Origin: Candidatus Magasanikiibacteriota bacterium
GTDB lineage: Bacteria > Patescibacteriota > Patescibacteriia > Magasanikbacterales > GWA2-37-8
Direction: 5' to 3'
Assembly (NCBI GenBank): GCA_016182085.1
Contig: JACOYB010000006.1
Coordinates: 88,980 to 152,979 of the forward strand
Length of the DNA stretch: 64,000 nucleotides
Positions 1 to 7,754 of the stretch are shown here, piece by piece. The notes under the pieces were generated by a model. That model was given only the letters and a program-made list of their open reading frames with translations, searched no databases and was not told the DNA's origin. Within the stretch, counting starts at the first letter, position 1. The number at the start of each line of letters is the position of its first letter. The position numbers and the translations under genes were made by a program.

Positions 1-112
1 GCAGTCCCAACGGATCTTTCAAGCGTCAACCTCCTGTTTCACTCTGACTCGCGCAGTCATAGTGAGGTGGGGGGTGTTGTTATTTTAAAATGACTTTTGA
101 ACAAATGAGGGG

Positions 113-141
113 TTGACATTTTCTTCAAAATCCTTTAGTAT
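113..141 (+). promoter_or_regulatory. sigma70-type promoter for the 159 ORF/rplY
   Basis: TTGACA(113-118)-17 bp-TAGTAT(136-141). Confidence 0.65.
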
Positions 142-158
142 TAGTCCATATTTAGTTT

Positions 159-503
159 ATGCTGCCAAATAACAGCAAGCCAGATTCCTGGCGAAAATCC
201 TTAAAATTGATCAGTCAGTGCCCGGTTTGCAATCGCGACTACCAGTCCGAAGCGATCAAATTATTCGCCAGCGGAAGCGAAGCTAAATTTGTGCACTTTA
301 CTTGCGGCAGCTGCCAGACGTATTTTGTGGCAATGGTTATGACGCTTGCCAAAGGCATCAGTACTGTTGGCATGATTACAGACCTCAGTTTTCAAGACGT
401 ACAAAAATTATATACCATACCGCCGCTTACGATAGATGAAATAATAGAAGGACGGCAATTTATAAACAGCGTAGATTTTATCACCGCCATTGGGCGGGTT
501 TAA
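159..503 (+). CDS. hypothetical protein with two CxxC motifs (possible zinc ribbon)
   Basis: 114-aa ORF with CPVC and CGSC, directly downstream of a consensus promoter. Confidence 0.7.
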   Translation: MLPNNSKPDSWRKSLKLISQCPVCNRDYQSEAIKLFASGSEAKFVHFTCGSCQTYFVAMVMTLAKGISTVGMITDLSFQDVQKLYTIPPLTIDEIIEGRQFINSVDFITAIGRV

Positions 504-568
504 TAAGCAGAAGGAGCACAGATGAGCAACCGCAAAATCTGAAGTCCGAAAGCAAATGTAATAAATAT

Positions 569-1267
569 ATGACCCTAAAATTATCAGCCAAAGTTCGTGA
601 AGCTAAAGGAGAAAAAGTCCGCACTAAAATTGTATTGCCAGCGGTTGTTTATGGTATGGGCGATAAAGCAAATTCGTTAACTGTAAATTATGACGAATTT
701 GTAAAATTATATAACGAAGCCGGTGAAGCCAGTTTGATTGATTTGTTTGTGGAGGATAAGGCTGACGGTAAAGTGCTTGTCCAAGATATTCAATATGATC
801 CGGTAACCGATCGCATGGTGCATGTGGATTTGCGCCGCATTGATATGAATAAAGAAATGACCGCGACTGTTGAGCTTCGTTTTATTGGTGAAGCGCCAGT
901 AATCAAGGAACAGGGCGGCACCTTGATGAATGCCATCAGTTCCGTTGAAGTAAAATGTTTGCCGAAAGATTTGGTTTCTCATATTGATGTTGATGTATCC
1001 GTACTTAAGACCTTTGATGATGTGGTAAAAGTAAAAAATTTGCCAGTTCCAGCCGGAATTACGATTACAAGCCCTCACGAAGAGGATCTGGTAGCCAAAG
1101 CTACTCCAGCTATGACCGAAGAAGAAATCAAAGCTATGGAAGCTGTTTCGGCCCCAGTTGATTTGAGCAAGATTGAAAGTGCCGGCAAGAAGAAAGAAGA
1201 AGAGGGTGAAGCTGCGGTTGAAGGCGCTGAGGCCGGTGAAAAGAAAGAAGAAGGTAAAAAAGAATAA
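569..1267 (+). CDS. rplY: 50S ribosomal protein bL25/Ctc (long form)
   Basis: PAVVYG, VQDIQYDPVTDRMVHVDL, VEVKCLP motifs; acidic C-terminal tail. Confidence 0.95.
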   Translation: MTLKLSAKVREAKGEKVRTKIVLPAVVYGMGDKANSLTVNYDEFVKLYNEAGEASLIDLFVEDKADGKVLVQDIQYDPVTDRMVHVDLRRIDMNKEMTATVELRFIGEAPVIKEQGGTLMNAISSVEVKCLPKDLVSHIDVDVSVLKTFDDVVKVKNLPVPAGITITSPHEEDLVAKATPAMTEEEIKAMEAVSAPVDLSKIESAGKKKEEEGEAAVEGAEAGEKKEEGKKE

Positions 1268-1290
1268 GATTAATCTTCCCAAAACTCAAG

Positions 1291-1320
1291 AAACAGACTA
1301 TACTATGTATAGTCTGTTTT
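1291..1320 (+). terminator. hairpin after rplY
   Basis: AAACAGACTATAC-TAT-GTATAGTCTGTTT inverted repeat followed by T. Confidence 0.55.
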
Positions 1321-1328
1321 CGTAATAT

Positions 1329-2390
1329 ATGCCTAAATCTAAACCAAAAAAACCATCTCATCTGCACTATTTTTTTAGCGCCATTGCCCTTTCTTTACTG
1401 GGAGTAGCCGGTGTTTTATGTGTTGGTTTTTATTCATTAAATTTTTCTCAAGCCACCACTAACGAAGTTACAATCAGTGCCGTGCGATATATGCACGGGC
1501 TTGATGGAACCGCAGTAAAGAAAAAATCCGATACCGCGTTTCAGGTAGTGGGGGTAATGATAGACAACCATCCGGACGCATATCCGCAAGCAGGGATTTC
1601 TAAAGCAAAAATAGTCTATGAAACGATGGTAGAGGGGGGCATTACCCGATATTTTGCGATCTTTGACAGCAAGCAAAATATAGCTGAAGTTGGTCCGGTG
1701 CGCAGCGCGCGGCTGTACTTTTTAGACTGGATCTCAGAATATGGCGACGGCCTCTATGTCCATTCTGGCGGTTCGCCGCAAGCGCTGGCTGCCATTGCTC
1801 CCCGCAAGATTTTTGATGCCAATGAATTTTTTTTAGGCCAGTATTTTTGGCGCAGTTCCAGTTATTTTGCTCCGCATAATTTGTTTATAAGCAGCGATAA
1901 TTGGAATAAAATTATCGCAAAAAACGGAAGCAAAAATAAGTTGTTTACCGCGGATAAGGCGTGGAAATATTCAAACATTGTTGGCAAAACAATCGGTAAG
2001 AGCGGCAAAATAATCATCCCGTTTAGTATCGGGTATGACATTATGTGGAGCTATGACGCAAAAAATTTAAATTATTTGCGCAGTATTAATGGCAGAGTGC
2101 ATATAGATAAAGATAAATCTGAAGTCCGCGCCAGAAATATTGTGGTACAGTTTGCCGATGTAAGCGCTATCAGCAATGATGACGCTGGCCGTCAGGAAAT
2201 AGAAACAGTCGGCAGCGGTGATGCTATAATCCTCAAAAAAGGCTCAGTTACTTATGGCACCTGGAAGAAAAAATCCACTACAGACAGGACCAGGTTTTAT
2301 GATAAAGCGGGTAAAGAGATAGTGTTAACACCGGGCAATACCTGGGTAGAGGTGGTGCCAAAAGAAACCAAGGCGCAAGTTGGAGTGTAA
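1329..2390 (+). CDS. DUF3048-family membrane-anchored protein
   Basis: N-terminal TM; VMIDNHPDAYPQAG, VEGGITR, GPVRSAR, APHN motifs. Confidence 0.85.
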   Translation: MPKSKPKKPSHLHYFFSAIALSLLGVAGVLCVGFYSLNFSQATTNEVTISAVRYMHGLDGTAVKKKSDTAFQVVGVMIDNHPDAYPQAGISKAKIVYETMVEGGITRYFAIFDSKQNIAEVGPVRSARLYFLDWISEYGDGLYVHSGGSPQALAAIAPRKIFDANEFFLGQYFWRSSSYFAPHNLFISSDNWNKIIAKNGSKNKLFTADKAWKYSNIVGKTIGKSGKIIIPFSIGYDIMWSYDAKNLNYLRSINGRVHIDKDKSEVRARNIVVQFADVSAISNDDAGRQEIETVGSGDAIILKKGSVTYGTWKKKSTTDRTRFYDKAGKEIVLTPGNTWVEVVPKETKAQVGV

Positions 2391-2393
2391 CAA

Positions 2394-3284
2394 TTAAACC
2401 TGCGCTATAACCAGACGATCAAGACCGGCCAGGTCTTTTTTAATTTTTACATTTGCTTTAGGCAAGAGTTTGTTTAGTATTTTTGTTATTGCCTCAGATT
2501 GAGACGGGTCAATTTCAAGAAATAGAAACATCTGGCAGGAATTGGGGAGCTTTCTTATTTGGTTTAGAAGTTTTATATAAAGATCCAAGCCGTTATATTG
2601 TGCGACCAGCGCGTTTTTCGGTTCGCGTTGAATTGATGGTTCTGATTTAAATTGAGCTGCGGTTAAATATGGCAGGTTGGCAGTGATTGTTACAAAACAC
2701 GGAGTGCCAAGCAGAAATGGATTTTTTAAAATTGGTTCTAAGAGATTGCCGTGTAGAAAATCTATATTAACTTTGTGCATCTTGGCATTTTTTTTTGCTA
2801 CTTTTAACGCCTTTTTGGAAATATCTGTGGCAAAAATTTGTATGTCATCCCGAACTTGTTTCGGGATCTCCCGGGATGCTGAAACAAGTTCAGCATGACA
2901 GGCGACAGAAATTGGTATGCAGCCACTGCCGGTGCCCACATCTATATATATGATATTGGTATTTTTAGTCTCCATTTCATGGCTAAGAACTTTTATAGCC
3001 TCATCCACCATTAGTTCGGTGTCCGGACGGGGGACAAGCACATGTTTGTTTACAAAAAAATCCAAGTTATAAAATTCTTTGTGGCCGATAATGGCGGCAA
3101 CTGAATAGCCTTTTTTATATAAAAAAATAGCATATCGCAAACGGATATGTTCAACTAAAGATAATTTATACTCTGGGTGAGAATAGAGAAACTCCTTTGG
3201 TTTTTTGATTGTGTCAGCTAACAGCAAGTCAAAATCTAGAGTTGGGAAAGTCTGGTATTTTTTACGCAAGTCGGAAATAGACAT
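2394..3284 (-). CDS. prmC: release factor glutamine methyltransferase PrmC/HemK (contains an in-frame palindromic insert)
   Basis: VLVPRPDTE, DVGTGSGCI, ANLPY motifs; directly downstream of prfA; start moved to ATG 3284. Confidence 0.92.
   Translation of the reverse strand: MSISDLRKKYQTFPTLDFDLLLADTIKKPKEFLYSHPEYKLSLVEHIRLRYAIFLYKKGYSVAAIIGHKEFYNLDFFVNKHVLVPRPDTELMVDEAIKVLSHEMETKNTNIIYIDVGTGSGCIPISVACHAELVSASREIPKQVRDDIQIFATDISKKALKVAKKNAKMHKVNIDFLHGNLLEPILKNPFLLGTPCFVTITANLPYLTAAQFKSEPSIQREPKNALVAQYNGLDLYIKLLNQIRKLPNSCQMFLFLEIDPSQSEAITKILNKLLPKANVKIKKDLAGLDRLVIAQV
2843..2900. repeat. TGTCAT...ATGACA palindromic (REP-like) element inside prmC
   Basis: tgtcatcccgaacttgtttcgggatctcccgggatgctgaaacaagttcagcatgaca; terminal inverted repeats plus two sub-hairpins; read as CHAELVSASREIPKQVRDD. 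Confidence 0.85.
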
Positions 3285-3285
3285 A

Positions 3286-4371
3286 TTAATCGTCATCTTC
3301 GTCTTCGTTTCCGGCGTTATCAAATCCAGCAAATTCAGCCGCGCGCACGGCGGTAATTATCGGTTCCAAAGCGCCATCCAAAATTTTGGGAATATTGTTC
3401 CAGTTTTGGCGAACGCGGTGGTCGGTAATGCGGTCTTGAGGAAAATTATAAGTGCGGATTTTTTCACTGCGGTCGCCGCTGCCGATTTGGGATCTGCGTT
3501 TTTCGGTAATAACTTTCATTTGCTCTTCGCGCTGGGCGGCGTAAATACGGGCGCGGAGCACAGTCATAGCCTTATCTTTGTTTGCAGTTTGCGAACGTTC
3601 GTCTTGGCACTGCACCATAATGCCGGTCGGAATATGGATAATACGCACCGCTGAATAGGTCGTGTTTACACTCTGTCCGCCCGCCCCGCCCGAACAGAAT
3701 GTGTCTATACGCAAATCTTTTGGTTCAATTTTAATTTCTGTTTCTTCAATTTCTGGAAGTACGGCTACAGTTACCGTAGAAGTATGAATACGTCCGGATT
3801 TTTCGGTATCAGGTACGCGCTGTACGCGGTGCACGCCCATTTCGTATTTCAGATCTTTGTATACATTTCTGCCTTTAATGGAGAAAATAACTTCTTTAAA
3901 GCCTCCAATACCAATACGATTAGCATCAAGCATCTGGGTTTTCCAGCCATGGGAGTCTGCATACCGGCTGTACATGCGGTAGAGTTCAGCGGTAAAAAGC
4001 GCGGACTCGTCGCCGCCCACGCCAGCCCGGATTTCCATAATCACATCTTTTTTATCAAATGGGTCTTGTGGACGCGTCATTTCTTCCAAAGTTTTTTCGA
4101 GGTCGGCTTTTTTTGTTTCCAAATCAGGCAATTCGGCTGCAGCCATTTCTTTGAGTTGCGGGTCGGTTTCGTTGTTTATAATATTTTGTGTTTCAGTTAA
4201 GCCTTTTTCAATCACAGCCAGTTCGTTTATTTTTTCCATGACCGGTTTTAATTCGGTGTATTCCTGAGATGTCTCTTTTATTTTTTTGGAATCATTAAGC
4301 ACGGCCGGATTTTGCAGATCAGCTTCCAGTTGTTTGAATTTTTGTTCTATCTCAAGATATTTTTTTTGCAT
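3286..4371 (-). CDS. prfA: peptide chain release factor 1
   Basis: [10 protein letters not shown] (GGQ), [11 protein letters not shown] (PxT), [14 protein letters not shown]. Confidence 0.97.
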   Translation of the reverse strand: MQKKYLEIEQKFKQLEADLQNPAVLNDSKKIKETSQEYTELKPVMEKINELAVIEKGLTETQNIINNETDPQLKEMAAAELPDLETKKADLEKTLEEMTRPQDPFDKKDVIMEIRAGVGGDESALFTAELYRMYSRYADSHGWKTQMLDANRIGIGGFKEVIFSIKGRNVYKDLKYEMGVHRVQRVPDTEKSGRIHTSTVTVAVLPEIEETEIKIEPKDLRIDTFCSGGAGGQSVNTTYSAVRIIHIPTGIMVQCQDERSQTANKDKAMTVLRARIYAAQREEQMKVITEKRRSQIGSGDRSEKIRTYNFPQDRITDHRVRQNWNNIPKILDGALEPIITAVRAAEFAGFDNAGNEDEDDD

Positions 4372-4382
4372 ATGTTTTGTTT

Positions 4383-4481
4383 AGAGGCTCTTGACCATCT
4401 TTTCACTTTCCTCGCCCGCCAGGGGCTCAGGGATGTTCGCTGCGGCGACCATAACCCGTTCAAAGATAATCAAGAGCCTCT
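4383..4481. repeat. ~100-bp element bounded by 12-bp inverted repeats between rpmE and prfA
   Basis: AGAGGCTCTTGA(4383-4394)...TCAAGAGCCTCT(4470-4481) around a GC-rich core. Confidence 0.55.
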
Positions 4482-4500
4482 TTCGGGGTAAGTTTTATTA

Positions 4501-4536
4501 AAAAAACAGACTAAAAAGTATTATAGTCTGTTTTTT
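4501..4536 (-). terminator. intrinsic terminator after rpmE
   Basis: AAAAAACAGACTA...TAGTCTGTTTTTT, T-tracts on both strands. Confidence 0.6.
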
Positions 4537-4549
4537 AAAGTATGAGTAG

Positions 4550-4846
4550 TTATTTTTCAGCTTTGGCAGCTTTTTTAGCTGTCTTTTTGGCAACAGCAAC
4601 CGCTTTCTTTACTTTCTTGCCTTTGCGGGCGGCAGCGGCGGCAGTTTGCTTACTGAATTTTTCTTGGAATTTCTCTACGCGGCGAGCGGTATCAACGAAT
4701 TTCTGTTTGCCGGTATAAAAAGGATGGCACTTGCTGCAAAGTTCCACGCGGATAGATTTCATAGTGCTGCCAGTGGTAAATTTGTTGCCGCAAGCGCACA
4801 CTACTTCTGTATCATTGTGATATTCTGGATGAATGTCTTTCTTCAT
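4550..4846 (-). CDS. rpmE: 50S ribosomal protein bL31 (Zn-binding type, Lys/Ala-rich tail)
   Basis: [27 protein letters not shown]. Confidence 0.97.
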   Translation of the reverse strand: MKKDIHPEYHNDTEVVCACGNKFTTGSTMKSIRVELCSKCHPFYTGKQKFVDTARRVEKFQEKFSKQTAAAAARKGKKVKKAVAVAKKTAKKAAKAEK

Positions 4847-4863
4847 ATGAAATTAAGGTTTCA

Positions 4864-4927
4864 TATATTTGCAGCTCGTTCGGAAAAGGTCGCAAGCAAC
4901 CTTTTCTCTCACTTCACTACAATTATA
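4864..4927 (+). repeat. structured CTCRYTCGGAA-hairpin-CTCACTTC repeat, copy E (antisense to the rpmE leader)
   Basis: ctcgttcggaaaaggt-cgcaagca-accttttctctcacttc with flanking tatatttgcag/ctacaattata stem. Confidence 0.65.
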
Positions 4928-4956
4928 ATTTAGCAAAAATGTTATTTAGTGCTAAT

Positions 4957-4985
4957 ATACTAGCATTATATTAAATAAATGTCAA
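4957..4985 (-). promoter_or_regulatory. sigma70 promoter of rpmE(-prfA-prmC)
   Basis: minus strand TTGACA-17-TGcTAGTAT. Confidence 0.7.
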
Positions 4986-5056
4986 CCCCGCTAAGCGGGG
5001 TCAGCCGAGCGCATTATTCATATACAAAGGCTGTTTTTTAAACGAAATTCCACAGG

Positions 5057-5085
5057 TTGACAAACATGCCATTTTGTGGTATTAT
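5057..5085 (+). promoter_or_regulatory. sigma70 promoter divergent from rpmE
   Basis: TTGACA(5057)-17-TGgTATTAT(5080-5085). Confidence 0.7.
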
Positions 5086-5119
5086 TTCTCGTTATTTAAG
5101 ACAAATAATCTATAACTAT

Positions 5120-5515
5120 ATGTCAGAGATTGCCAGCGCTAGAGGTCAGATAGATGCACGACCAAAACGATCTAGCTTACCCAGCGCAGATCAGTTGCCG
5201 TCCATAATGATTGAGAAGGGTCTGGAAGCAGAAGAAAACGCTTTAAAACCAGCTCAAAGTGAAGTTGTGGGTGCAGAATCTGAAAGTGAAGATGAAGTTA
5301 TAAATAAAATGGCTAGTTTAGATGATGAGATAAAGAAAGTGATGGCTACCATTAAAACATATCAAAGTTTTACTAAAACACATGCTTCAAACCCAGATAT
5401 TATGGCTAAGCTAAATGAAGAAAGCAGGGTTTTTGCGGAAAAATATGACAATCTTTTGGCGCAACGGGAGGCTTTAAAATTGAAGCTGAGCAAATTGCGC
5501 GCCGCCAAAAACTAA
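5120..5515 (+). CDS. hypothetical coiled-coil protein
   Basis: ORF start reassigned to ATG 5120 because the annotated TTG start is the -35 box; heptad-like C-terminal half. Confidence 0.65.
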   Translation: MSEIASARGQIDARPKRSSLPSADQLPSIMIEKGLEAEENALKPAQSEVVGAESESEDEVINKMASLDDEIKKVMATIKTYQSFTKTHASNPDIMAKLNEESRVFAEKYDNLLAQREALKLKLSKLRAAKN

Positions 5516-5527
5516 AGCCATTACAGC

Positions 5528-5644
5528 TTGACTAATCTTCATTATTAATATATACTCCACCCATCTTAATTTATTCTCGCTAGCCAACTTTTTCCTCCCT
5601 TGGACCACTCCGGGGCAAGGCTAGGAGGCAATAATAAGGAAAAT
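5528..5644 (+). promoter_or_regulatory. rpsB promoter and structured 5' leader
   Basis: TTGACT(5528)-17-TATACT(5551-5556); ~80-nt leader with GC pairing (cctcc/ggagg, ccttg/caagg). Confidence 0.6.
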
Positions 5645-6433
5645 ATGTCAAAGAAAATGCCAACATTGTTGGAAATGCTTAAGGCCGGCGTTCATTTCGG
5701 CCATCAAAAATCACGCTGGCACCCGAAGATGGAACAATTCATCTTTGGTGTTAGAAACGGCGTGCATATTATTGATCTGGAGAAAACTCAGGCTCAAATT
5801 GAGAAAGCTCTAGAATATGTAAGAAACTTGGCCGCAAAGGGTCATGTTATTTTATTTGTGGGCACCAAACGTCAGGCCAGAGAAGCTATTCGCGCCGCGG
5901 CTATGTCTTGCGAAATGCCGTATTTGGTAGAACGCTGGATCGGCGGGCTTTTAACCAACTTTGAAGAAGTAAAACGCCGTTTGAAAAAGTATAAAAACTT
6001 GAAAGAAATGTTTGCCAGCGGTGAAATTGAAAAGTATACCAAAAAAGAACAGGTAGTAATGAAAAAACAATTAGATAAATTGGATAAGTACTTAATCGGT
6101 TTGACTGCTTTGGAAAAATTACCGGATGCAGTATATATTGCCGACATGAGAACTGAAAAAACAGCGCTCGCCGAAACCGAACGCACCGAAGTGCCAACCG
6201 TAGCCGTTTGCGACACCAACACCAATCCAAATAAAGTTAACTATCCGATTCCAGCTAACGATGATGCGGTAAACTCAATTACCATGATCGCTGATTTAAT
6301 TGCCGCAGCTGTAAATGAAGGCAAGAAAGAATTTGAAAAGAAAAAACTTGAAAAAGCTAAAGAAGAACCGGTTGTAAAACAACACGTAGAAAAAATTGAG
6401 AGACGAGCCTTGAAAAAAGAGGAGTCAGTCTAG
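5645..6433 (+). CDS. rpsB: 30S ribosomal protein uS2
   Basis: AGVHFGHQ, RWIGGLLTNF, DTNTNP, IPANDDA; start moved to ATG 5645. Confidence 0.97.
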   Translation: MSKKMPTLLEMLKAGVHFGHQKSRWHPKMEQFIFGVRNGVHIIDLEKTQAQIEKALEYVRNLAAKGHVILFVGTKRQAREAIRAAAMSCEMPYLVERWIGGLLTNFEEVKRRLKKYKNLKEMFASGEIEKYTKKEQVVMKKQLDKLDKYLIGLTALEKLPDAVYIADMRTEKTALAETERTEVPTVAVCDTNTNPNKVNYPIPANDDAVNSITMIADLIAAAVNEGKKEFEKKKLEKAKEEPVVKQHVEKIERRALKKEESV

Positions 6434-6444
6434 CGCTTCTTCAT

Positions 6445-6516
6445 TATTACCCCAAACTTGTTTTGGAAATTCTCTCGTAGTAAAATATAGATGCTGAAAA
6501 TTTGTTCAGCATGACA
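6445..6516. repeat. degenerate TGTCAT...ATGACA element between rpsB and tsf
   Basis: right half gatgctgaaaatttgttcagcatgaca matches the prmC copy; left half ccccaaacttgttttgg resembles cccgaacttgtttcggg. Confidence 0.7.
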
Positions 6517-6539
6517 GGTTATTATTAAACAAAAATTAT

Positions 6540-7412
6540 ATGTCAATCACAGCCGCAGATGTAGCCAAGCTCCGAACACTTACTGGCGCCGGTATGATGG
6601 ATTGCAAAAAAGCTTTGGACGAAGCAAACGGTGATATGGAAAAAGCCGGAGAAATTTTGCGTAAAAAAGGAATTGTGAAAGCTGCTAAAAGAACAGATAA
6701 AATCGCAGCTGAAGGCACCACCCAGGTAAAAGTAAATGGCGACACAGCTGTAGTTTTGGAAGTAAACTCCGAAACTGATTTTGTGGCGCAAAATGAAGAC
6801 TTCAAAAAGATGGTAGAAAATTTTGCCGATGCGCTGCTTGAGCAAAAACCGCAAAGTTTGGAGGGAGCCATGGCAGTTACCGCTGGAGGTAAAACCCTTC
6901 AGGAGCACTTGAACGATCTAACCGCTAAGATCGGTGAAAAGATTTCTTTGCGCCGTTTCATGGTAGTAGAGAAAACAGCTGGGGATGTTTTTGGCGCCTA
7001 TTCACATTTGGGCGGCAGGATTTCAGTGTTAGTAGTGCTAAAAAATAGTACTCACGCCGGTTTGGCTGCAGATATCGCCATGCACGCGGCTGCTTCTAAT
7101 CCAAAATATATAAGTCGCGATCAAGTTCCGGCAGGTATCGTAGAAAAGGAAAAGGAAATTTATGTTGAGCAGCTTAAGCAGCAGGGTAAGCCCGAAGCTG
7201 CCATCCCTAATATTTTAAAAGGCAAGTTAGATAAGTTCTATAGTGAAATTTGTCTGATGGAGCAAGCTTTTATTAAAGATGAGGAAAAAACCGTGCAAAA
7301 GTTATTAGGCGAGAGTATGTCTGTAGCCACAATGGTTCGCTTTGAATTGGGTGAAGGAATAGAGAAGGAAAAGACAGATTTTGCCGCCGAAGTGGAAGCG
7401 CAGCTGAAATAA
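6540..7412 (+). CDS. tsf: elongation factor Ts
   Basis: LRTLTGAGMMDCKKAL, EVNSETDFVA, follows rpsB. Confidence 0.97.
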   Translation: MSITAADVAKLRTLTGAGMMDCKKALDEANGDMEKAGEILRKKGIVKAAKRTDKIAAEGTTQVKVNGDTAVVLEVNSETDFVAQNEDFKKMVENFADALLEQKPQSLEGAMAVTAGGKTLQEHLNDLTAKIGEKISLRRFMVVEKTAGDVFGAYSHLGGRISVLVVLKNSTHAGLAADIAMHAAASNPKYISRDQVPAGIVEKEKEIYVEQLKQQGKPEAAIPNILKGKLDKFYSEICLMEQAFIKDEEKTVQKLLGESMSVATMVRFELGEGIEKEKTDFAAEVEAQLK

Positions 7413-7423
7413 ATTTTTACTTT

Positions 7424-7456
7424 AAATAAACCCTCGGGCTAACCGGGGGTTTATTT
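7424..7456 (+). terminator. intrinsic terminator after tsf
   Basis: aaataaaccctcgg-gctaa-ccgggggtttattt. Confidence 0.7.
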
Positions 7457-7635
7457 ATATTTTATTATTAGTTGAATTTAAGTTATCCACTGTTTTTATG
7501 TTGCAGAAGTTTTTTTTAAAAAAGTATGGTATACTAAAGCCAAATTAAATAACTTCTTCCAAAATGGCGCTTGTCACGTTTGTTATGGATTCTTAAAAGA
7601 AAAGGATTTTACCGATCCGGTTTTTTATTTTTTAA

Positions 7636-7754
7636 AAATTAAAAACATTTAATTCAAACCACTCACTCATTTCGTATATACTAAGGTATATACTCATTCG
7701 TTCGGAACTAAATTAAAAACATTTAATTTAATTTACTCACTCATTTCGTATATG
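7636..7754 (+). repeat. structured leader repeat, copy A (two tandem units, 74-bp period) ending at the ATG of the giant protein
   Basis: aaattaaaaacatttaatt and actcactcatttcgtatat each occur twice, 74 bp apart. Confidence 0.8.

Noticed and set aside
7636-7754. 74-bp-period direct repeats as a mini CRISPR array
   Set aside because: Only two units, the intervening sequence is also partly repeated, no cas genes are present, and the same motif is dispersed at other gene starts.
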